The notes under the pieces are model-generated. The model saw only the letters and a list, made by a program, of their open reading frames with translations, had not been told where the DNA came from and ran no database searches. From positions 131,794 through 195,793 of the forward strand of contig NMRA01000176.1 of assembly GCA_002633005.1 (NCBI GenBank): a stretch of DNA of 64,000 bases, given 5' to 3'. Source of the stretch: Phoronis australis (lineage: Eukaryota; Animalia; Phoronida). Made by a program: the position numbers and the translations under genes. Positions 56,301 to 64,000 of the stretch are shown here, piece after piece (position 1 is the stretch's first letter; each line of letters opens with the position of its first letter).

Positions 56301-59300
56301 TATTGTTGTGTAATAAATTACAGATCATTTATGATGTAATGACAGATTACATAAAGTTCATCAGCAAAAATACCAAAATAATCTACATGCAAATTGACAA
56401 TGTATTCACCAAAAAACTTGCACTATTAAATTAGTTGATCTTGGAAATATAGGTAAAAACTTCAAAATTATCTGGCTGCATTGCTTGGTAAGAAAATTAT
56501 ATACAAAAATAGAATTTTGCATAATGGCGACCTTAATTTGCATATCTAAAAATGCTCAAGGGTTGAGAACGGTCTCACCCCTAATTCATGGTTACTTAAC
56601 CCTAGGCTACATGAAACAGCAATGAAAAAAACTTTATCCGGCAAAACGAGGTTCAACCCCTGGCTCCTGGACTATTACTAGAGCGCTAAAAACGCATATC
56701 GAACTCAGTCTTCATCAGGTATAAAATAGTACAAGAGACACCTACCGGGAGTTGCGAAATCTGGACAAAAAGGAGAAATTGCATCATCCTGGAATTGAGT
56801 AAACATAGTCTCGAAAATGTTTGTTGTATTGTTATACCTTGTGTCTATTTCAGTCAGTGAAAATGATACCTAAGCTCTAGATTCACTTTTTGAAAGTACC
56901 ATTTGAATGGGTGCGCTTCCGAAATACCTGGTACATCCCGCTTTAAAATCCGTTGTTAAAGTAATGGTACCCAAGTTCTTAATCCCTGTCCTACAGCTCC
57001 GGGAATAAATTGTGCCTGGGACAAATCATTCAGAAATGTATTAATTTCGTCACACTACGTAAACGCACCGGTACCCTAGTTTCTCATAGATTTATTTCAG
57101 ATTAGCAAAAATCATCACCTATTTTTAAATCTGCGATTAAAAGGGATAGACAAGACCGAGCTGTGCATTCAGAAAGTACCAGTTTAGGTACCATACATGT
57201 AAGTCAAATCTCAATATAAGCTGGAAGTATGTACTTGGAAGCGACGGTGTATCAGTACTTTTGCCTGCGCGCAAATTGAAACCAATCGTCAATGCCGAAC
57301 ATCTTTGCCGATGCAGATTTTTCCTCACGCGAAGTTTATTACTGAAAGTGTTTTACTATGAGCTTTGGTGTCCATCTCCAACGAAACTGGGAAGTTGTAG
57401 AATTCAACATGCTTATTTGCTCCCAAACGTTCGCCCTGAACGTACCTGTGGAAAATGTTTCATATACATGTATACCTCGAAATCGGAAGATGAGCATGTC
57501 TGCAGAAAACTCCAGTGTGGAATGTTTAGACAGTTCGAGAAGGCATGGGTTCAGATGTTTGACGACCATGCAGAAGGGCGGGTTGCGATGCGTGGCATCA
57601 CACAGGGGTTTATGTGGGGGGGGGGGGGGGNTTCTGGTTCATTCCTCGGGTAGCCTGTCACGGTTTATGAGTTTAACTTAGATTCCAAGAATCGCAAATT
57701 CAATCATTATGATTGCCTACACATTTGAACCTGATAATCCTTTAGGCTTGGCCACCACTGTACACGGTCTTCAACTGAACCTCGACAGTCTGGTCGACAT
57801 GTCTAAGTTTCCACGAACAATTCTCTCTTCACCAACAGTGCTTGTCAAATAAGGATCTTCAAAAGAAAAGCTTTTCTCGATATACCGAAAATATCGAGAG
57901 TTTTATCGATGCAAAACAATCGGGAACATTAACTATGTGTAATTGACAAATACAGTTGTTTTTGATGTTCTTCATGAAAGTCCACCATCCTTTCGATGAT
58001 GGTTAATGCTGCTGTTTTTCAACCATGCACTGATGTTGTTGTGCCAAGTTCGCACAAACATGTGCCCCTTCGACAGAGAACCCCAGTGGCGGATTTAGAG
58101 GTGGGGCAAGGGGGCCATGGCCTCCCCTAAAATTTTCTCAGATTACATTTGGCAGTTCGGGGGTGCGAATGTCTAATGGGCAAAATCCTGGCTACTACTT
58201 TCCCCTTTCTTCCCCACTAACTCAAAATCCTGGATCCGCCCCTGAACCTCGATCGTGCGAAACGGGTTCCCTTGATAGAGAAAGCCAAACTTTTAAAAGG
58301 TAAAAACGAGTAAAAATAAGCTAACAGGTATAAAACTTCCAAAAAACAGGCTGACCTAGACCCGGCGTCCAATCATTTTACTCGAAATGGAACTCGAAAT
58401 TATTTTTGGCATTTTCTATTCTACATTTTTGTGAATTCAATAAAAGTGCTTATTAATCTATGTTTAAGTAGGTAATTGCTGACGTGGATAACTGTCTAAC
58501 ACCGCTTGAACTTGTTGCTTATTTAAGTGTGACAAATTCGCATTTCAAAAAAAATGAAGTTAAACGCATAATTTCCGAAGCAAACGTGTTTATGATCGCC
58601 ATAGTAATTTCTCCGCCAGGTGTCACAGCAAGGTTGGCGGTACACAACGCCCAAAATTCTATGCAATTTGCGTCTCTATGAGACTCAGCAATACGTGTCT
58701 TTTTAAACCAAATATGTAACAGCAATAATAGCATTGAGGTTAACTATTACTAAGACGTAAGTACGCTCTTGCCAGATGTGAACAGAAGTCACATTTGTAA
58801 AAAGTCAAATGGTATTGTGTCATTTTCGAACAACTTAAAAACAAAATTTTGGTGAAAATTGCCTATAAGATGGTTAATACTAAAGGCTATAATAACATTT
58901 GATCAATTCTGATACATGTAGGTAACCATGGCACAACCAGTATTAGCGACGAACATAAAATTTGCCACGTGTCATAGCGGGCATGATCACGGCATTACAT
59001 GTACAGTCACATGCAGGATATCATGCAGAACAACAGAAATAGTGCTCTATTGGCAACAGATGACTTGCATACACGCTTTAAATAAAAACGGCTAATTCGT
59101 TTGACAAACCACAACAACATGACCCGAAAAAACGTGTCATTCGCGACGGATTTTTACGACTTACACACCCAGTGTATCCCCGAGCTTCGTGTCTAAGCCC
59201 CGCAATTAAGCGCAGCCGGGTTATGCGGTTACGGCGTTACCGTAACACATTTGATCCAAGAAATTCTTGGAAGATGGATGGCTCTGAACACCCACAAACA

Positions 59301-60749
59301 TGGCTATAATAATAACAACTGCACCGATAATAGTATTTAAATCGAAATCGCTGTTACAAAAATAATAATAATAAGAATGATGATGGTGCTGCTGATGATG
59401 ATGATAATGATAGTCATAATGAAGATCAAGATGATTATTATTGCATTCGCGACTGGTTTTCCAACACCTTAGAGATAAGGCGGTGATGCGGTGCGCTCGA
59501 GGCCCCCTTAATTAAGTTGCGACTTTTCAATGCAACCCCAATTGGTAAAGTGGCAAAATGGTCTGCCTCCAGTCAGAGAAACAAAAAGCCCGACAAAACG
59601 AGCTCTGCACGTGGTACCCCTATTTTTTGGTCCCCCCTTTTTAGTTGGTAAAAGGCCACATTGGTGGCTTCGAGTTAACGGATTCATGTTTATTCTCAAT
59701 GAGAGGCTTACGTAACTTCAAGGTGGCTTCGAGTTAGACAACCCTGGCTGTAGGGATGGGGGGAGGGGTTCGTTACCCCCAATAATTATGTTCAGCAACA
59801 GATCAAAACACACGTAGCCAAGGGGTGGGTGGCAAATTGGTGACTGACCGCGTCGAACACGGGTGATGAGTGGGAATCAGAACAGGTTTGGAAATTCTGA
59901 AAAGTGTCCCGGCGCCGGCAGGGGACTGAATTCAGTGAAATGTCCCTCTTTCAATAATCTTTACGTTATAGGCCANACATTGGTGGCTTCGAGTTAACGG
60001 ATTCATGTTTATTCTCAAGAATGAGAGGCTTACGTAACTTCAAGGTGGCTTCGAGTTAGACAACCCTGGCTGTAGGGATGGGGGGAGGGGTTCGTTACCC
60101 CAATAATGTTCAGCAACAGATCAAAACACACGTAGCCAAGGGGTGGGTGGCAAATTGGTGACTGACCGCGTCGAACACGGGTGATGAGTGGGAATCAGAA
60201 CAGGTTTGGAAATTCTGAAAAGTGTCCCGGCGCCGGCAGGGGACTGAATTCAGTGAAATGTCCCTCTTTCAATAATCTTTACGTTATAGGCCATTTCTAA
60301 CTATGTTAAACTACACTGGACATTAGAATCTAATTGTCGTTTTTCTTCAGGTACGAGCAGGCCACTACTCTTCAACTGCTGGGAGCGCTAGTAGTGGATG
60401 GAATATTGTTTAAGCCTGAGTCAACAGGTCCTACTTACTCAACGGTCAAAAGCTTCTACAAATGAATATGTACACATATTTCACATAAAAATCCTGCCAG
60501 TGTGTCGCATCCACAGATTAGACAGTGTCAGTGGTCGTTTTCAGGTTAGAATTTTCAAAAGGCGTGCACAGCTCTGCAAGGTCAACTAAAGAAGGAATCC
60601 TATCATTACAAGCGAGGCACTGACCTGCTAAATGCTCTGCGATTGTCGACTTTCGTGTACCCCTCGCCTCCTCCAGTTGTCCAGAAATTAATGTTAGACC
60701 GTGCTGCATTTTCGAGGGTGAACTTCTCAAAATCCTCCAAACAGTTCAT
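41291..60749 (-). CDS. FMN-dependent 2-hydroxyacid oxidase (HAO1/HAO2, glycolate oxidase family), peroxisomal, divergent; 8 coding exons, 360 aa
   Basis: Exons on minus: 60749-60625 ([17 protein letters not shown]), 51897-51737 ([29 protein letters not shown]), 51258-51156 (AAQDLGT..HWIQM), 50151-49990 ([22 protein letters not shown]), 46284-46154 ([24 protein letters not shown]), 45358-45267 ([30 protein letters not shown]), 42673-42506 ([30 protein letters not shown]), 41431-41291 ([23 protein letters not shown]). The lengths sum to 1083 nt, all introns are GT-AG, and there is no frameshift. It has the SNHGGR family signature and a C-terminal PTS1 (ARL). Confidence 0.92.
41979..42171. repeat. 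~73-75-bp minisatellite, about 2.6 copies, in the last HAO intron
   Basis: aagtg(c/t)tagactga..tcccaggaaa(t)ttgttacaaggcaggtcg at about 41979, 42051 and 42126. Confidence 0.85.
43870..43990 (-). mobile_element. Partial MITE, same family as 58084-58244
   Basis: tagccaggattttgcacgtcagacattcgtacccccgaactgccaaa is the reverse complement of the family core. Confidence 0.7.
44307..44362. repeat. (GT)n microsatellite
   Basis: A (GT) run with one interruption. Confidence 0.95.
47500..48040. mobile_element. Older remnant related to the terminal repeats of the Academ-like element
   Basis: tgcttggtaagaaa..aattttgc..atggc..ttgcatat..aaaaatgctcaa (47953-48034) parallels 56482-56559. It also has the cataatggcg and tatgcaaatt motifs. 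Confidence 0.55.
48091..49878 (-). mobile_element. Helentron/HINE-like non-autonomous element carrying a higher-order tandem array (~445-bp unit made of three ~148-bp monomers)
   Basis: Sub-terminal inverted pair atgcgcccac (48120-48129) / gtgggcgcat (49835-49844), a GGACGC-type micro-repeat at 49786-49826, and a CTTGTT end on minus. The unit marker aaaatggc..ctaggtgg recurs at 48608, 49057 and 49501. Confidence 0.65.
52680..53760. repeat. Sub-terminal ~161-bp tandem array with octamer (ATGCAAAT) motifs
   Basis: The motif (t/a)atgcaaattaaggcc recurs near 52685, 52845, 53007, 53169 and 53330, then decays. Confidence 0.8.
55246..56241 (+). mobile_element. THAP-domain DNA transposon derivative (PIF/Harbinger-ISL2EU-like), nested in the Academ-like element
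   Basis: Perfect 15-bp TIR AGCGGATTTGCAGCG / CGCTGCAAATCCGCT with AAT on both flanks. The ORF from ATG 55352 reads [41 protein letters not shown], a THAP zinc finger broken before the final CxxHF. After the gap there is a DHSY (HCF-1-binding-like) motif. Confidence 0.8.
58084..58244 (+). mobile_element. Full-length MITE (CAGTGGCGGAT..ATCCGCCCCTG)
   Basis: 11-bp imperfect TIR with flanks aaccc / aacct (near 5-bp TSD). Two more copies occur in the window. Confidence 0.8.
59659..60293. repeat. ~318-bp near-identical tandem duplication joined at an N
   Basis: 59659-59975 and 59977-60293 differ only by small indels, with a single N at 59976. Probably an assembly or haplotype artefact. Confidence 0.85.
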
Positions 60750-62365
60750 GGCTTGCAGTCAAGGACAGAAGATTCAATTCCCAGATATTGGTATATGCCC
60801 ATTAACCACCATTTGACCGGAGATCCCATGCAACGTCATAGTTATATATCTGATAACACGACGTTTACCTTTAACAGGGCACTGGGTCATGAGATCACTG
60901 CTGTTGAATCAGCCCTTTCTATCACGCTAACATGGTTGACCTAATTTCATGATAATGTCTATAAAGTATAGGTTCTTATTGCCAAGTTCAAGCACTTCTC
61001 GAAAAATGTCCAGATTTCGTTGAGTTCGGAGCATCATATACCAGAAATGATTAAACGGATTCCGACTAAAAATGAAACCTCAGAAACTGCACTTCACGGA
61101 GAGTTCTCCAAAATTCAATTAATTAGAATTGTTTTTTTAAATTTTCCACTTTGGCATGACCGGACCTTACCAAATTGGGGCTTTTAGGATTTTCATAAAG
61201 AAATTCATAAGAATAAATAAAACGAGAACGACAACGGAACTATAATTTAAAAAAACTGTCACGGCATTTTGAGATTGGCATTTATAGCTAAGAAAATCTA
61301 GTGATGGTGTTGTTTGCAATGAATCTACTTTCCTTTATCACATAGTAATAGTAAAAAGGCGTGACCTCGTTACCCAGTTAATGGAAGGTCTTTCCAAAAC
61401 GTAAAAAATCAAGCTCTACGAGTTTTCTACCTTATCAAATTGTAACCTGCATTTCACCCTGGTTGAAAACGAAAACCTGGGTCTCAATCTTACTGCAATA
61501 GGAATATAATTCCGCTACCATCTAATCAAAACTCAGGGGCAATACGTACACGCGGCATTTTTTTTTCAATCCTATTTTTAGGGTTGGCCAATTTTTATAA
61601 ACTGTATGAAGCGTTTTCTCAAGTCACTGATGGCTTCGATGTTCCTGTTGACAACGGAAATCTACGGCAATGAGTGATACGAGACCGATTTTATAAGAGT
61701 AAAAGACGCAAGGCAGCTGAACAGCTGGGCAAAATGTAGCTCAAGATTCTATACTTAGAACATAATTGTCTGAATGCACAAATAAGGTCCCAGCGCGTGA
61801 CTTTAGTTACATACCAAAGGTGTGAGCTGCACACGGTGTGAGCTGCACACGGTGTTTCTTTCCTCGCTATCACAAACCAGCAACACTGACTGGACAATGA
61901 GGAGAACGGGCAACGTACNCCCCCCCCCCCCCACCTCCCTGAATCATTGGTGCGGGGTTTCGCTGAACGGCCTTTTCTCCGTAGCCTTTATGGCGAAACT
62001 AGCGGCTGCCTGACTAATGAGCTTAGCACTGAATCCGCTAGACACACAAATCACATCCCCATGCACTACGTGCCCCAAAACACACGCTTTAACTTAAGTG
62101 GTATTTCAGCGTACGAAAGGTTTTAGAAACTTTCATCAACCGCGGTTTCAAAAACGAGTTAAAAAATGGGAGACATATCGGAAGCATCAGGGTGGCTTTT
62201 TAGGGATAGTTTGCAAGTCTTTTACATCATAGACTATAGTACACGTTGTCAATAATCTATGGTTACATGTAGAAAATGTTGCGACTTTAATCAAATTCTT
62301 GAGAGCATAATGACGTTTTAAAAGTCGCCAGCATGCTTTAAATTTGTTGGCATTTAAGGGGATCA

Positions 62366-64000
62366 TTACTCTGCGCGTGTAAGCGCAGAGTCCTGTTGTT
62401 CCCGGGTTTTTTTCAATTTTATTCTTATTACTCTGCGCGTGTAAGCGCAGAGTACTGTTGTTCCTGGGTTTTCTTCAATTTTATTACTCTGCGCGTGTAA
62501 GCGCAGAGTACTGTTGTTCCTGGGTTTTCTTCAATTTTATTCTTATTCTTATACTTATTCTTCTTCCGACCAACTTTGAGGCTTAATAACTACAAATTGG
62601 GTGCAGGTAGGGTCCTTAAATTCAGCATATGTTTTTTGACAGTATATAAATTTTGATTGGTTATATAATCATATTCCATATTGCACCGGAAGAGGTCATT
62701 TGGTGCAAAGGTCATATAATTTTCAAAATGCTACTCCTTTAGTTTTTAAGCTATCTTTTTCAAATTCGGTGCACAGGTATAAGTCAACATGACAATTTAA
62801 AAAATTACTTTTCTAAGTAATCGGGTCATCCAATCAGGTGAAATAGGTCAAAGGTCATTAGGTGCAAACTAAAATTTTGAACTAGACACTTCAAATTGAT
62901 TGCCACAGGTAAATCAAATCGGAATCCAAAGTTTCAGGTCATTTAGTGCAAACATGGGGTCATTAGGTGCATTTTTTTTCTGAAAATTTGACCTTTTCAA
63001 TCGGCAAGTATTCTGATGTGTCAACCGTTAGACAACTGTGATTCTCAGCGTTAAACACATTTTCCATGGGCTTCGCAATAATTCTCCTAAAGATGCTTAA
63101 AATGCACTGGATAAGGTCAATTACTGCAAAGGTCATGTAACATTCAAAATGTTACATCTCTTACGTTTTTCAAGGAATTCTTTTCAATTTCAGCACACTG
63201 GTGTAATTCAACATGCCAATTTAATACCCTACTTTACTTTGCAATAGGCCTAACCAATCAGAAAAATAGGTCAAAGGTCATTGAGTTCAAACTAAAATTT
63301 TGAGCTAGACACTTCAGAATTACGTATCTGTTTACTAAGTGCGATTGAGTTTGAATTCTAAATTTTCAGGTCATTTGGTGCACCCATGGGGTCATTAGGT
63401 GCATTTTTCTTCTGAAAGTTTGACCACTTCATTCATCTTGTATTCTGAAGTGCTTAAAGTAAAACATCTGTGATTATTAGCATTAACCACACTTTTAATC
63501 AAGTTGACAATTACACCCTCATCGGGCTCATAATGCACCGGAAGAGGTCAATTAGTGGAAAGGTCATCAAAAAATTAATATGTAATTTCTCCTACAATAT
63601 TAAAGAATTCCTTTTCATATTGGTAAACGGGTTGCTGTCAGTAACTTCTCATAATAATTCCAGTAATACGCACGCGCAGAGTCCGTTATTGTCACGCCGT
63701 GACAATAATCTTTCTAGTTACTTTGCGCGTGTAAGCGCAGAGTACTGTTGTTCCTGGGTTTTCTTCAATTTTATTCTTATTCTTATTCTTATTCTTCTTA
63801 TTCTTCTTCCGACCAACTTTGAGGCTTAATAACTCCAAATTGGATGCAGATACAGTCTTTAAATTCAGCATATGACTTTTGACAGTATATAAATTTTGAT
63901 TGGTTATATAATCATGTTCCATATTGCACCGGAAGAGGTCGTTTGGTGCAAATGTCATATAATTTTAAAAATGCTACTCCTCCTTCAGTTTTAAAGCTAT
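62366..64000 (+). mobile_element. Helentron/HINE-like rolling-circle element: triplicated head, one full copy (to 63717), and a second tandem copy running off the window
   Basis: Head hairpin actctgcgcgtgtaagcgcagagt at 62368, 62430, 62486 and 63720. It has a (TTATTC)n microsatellite, an internal ~423-bp duplication, a 3' sub-TIR cgcgcagagt (63673), the palindrome ttattgtcacg-c-cgtgacaataa (63686-63708) and CTAG (63714-63717). Confidence 0.8.

Larger units (their letters stand above)
52561..56674 (+). mobile_element. Decayed Academ-like DNA transposon in HAO intron 1
   Basis: Termini TAGTCC...GGACTA with ~200-250-bp imperfect TIRs (cggataaagtttt..gtagcctagg..cttgagcatttt..tatgcaaattaag..ttaccaagca.tgcagcc). 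Broken coding relic at 54540-55150: [16 protein letters not shown] and [21 protein letters not shown], resembling the LPPT..RA..W plus Cys-rich C-terminus of such transposases. Flanks ttc/tta give only an imperfect TSD. Confidence 0.7.

Noticed and set aside
57782-57857. Minus-strand peptide [24 protein letters not shown], loosely resembling HAO exon 1
   Set aside because: No start codon, an upstream in-frame stop and a poor donor; a far better exon 1 exists at 60749-60625.
59659-60293. 318-bp tandem duplication as a real regulatory duplication
   Set aside because: An N at the junction and near identity with small indels point to two haplotypes or contig ends joined by the assembler.
62366-62530. 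Regularly spaced palindromic repeats resembling a CRISPR array
   Set aside because: The intervening sequences are themselves near-identical, the context is eukaryotic, there are no cas genes, and the units are heads of a HINE-like element.

Overview
AT-rich, intron-rich animal genomic DNA with three long N gaps; it looks like a marine invertebrate bilaterian, but the taxon is inference only. I reconstructed four protein-coding genes by reading splice sites and frames by hand. (1) A SKAP1/2-family adaptor on + (11 coding exons, 4060-18078, first exon not found). (2) Metaxin-2 on - (8 exons, 31413-20036, complete, tail-to-tail with SKAP). (3) An intronless FRAT/GBP GSK-3-binding protein on + (35030-35488). 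(4) A complete but divergent peroxisomal FMN-dependent 2-hydroxyacid oxidase on - (8 exons, 60749-41291, ending in ARL). Introns and intergenic DNA hold many DNA-transposon relics: a decayed Academ-like element with a nested THAP element, two Helentron/HINE-like elements, several MITEs, a foldback structure and LINE fragments. The most notable points are the non-vertebrate-looking FRAT/GBP, the SKAP-MTX2 pair (both flank Hox clusters in vertebrates), the oxidase with a remodelled active site, the expanded phosphotyrosine/PxxP linker in SKAP, and repeat-borne arrays of CTCF-like, octamer and DR1 motifs. All family comparisons are from recalled sequences; no database search was run.
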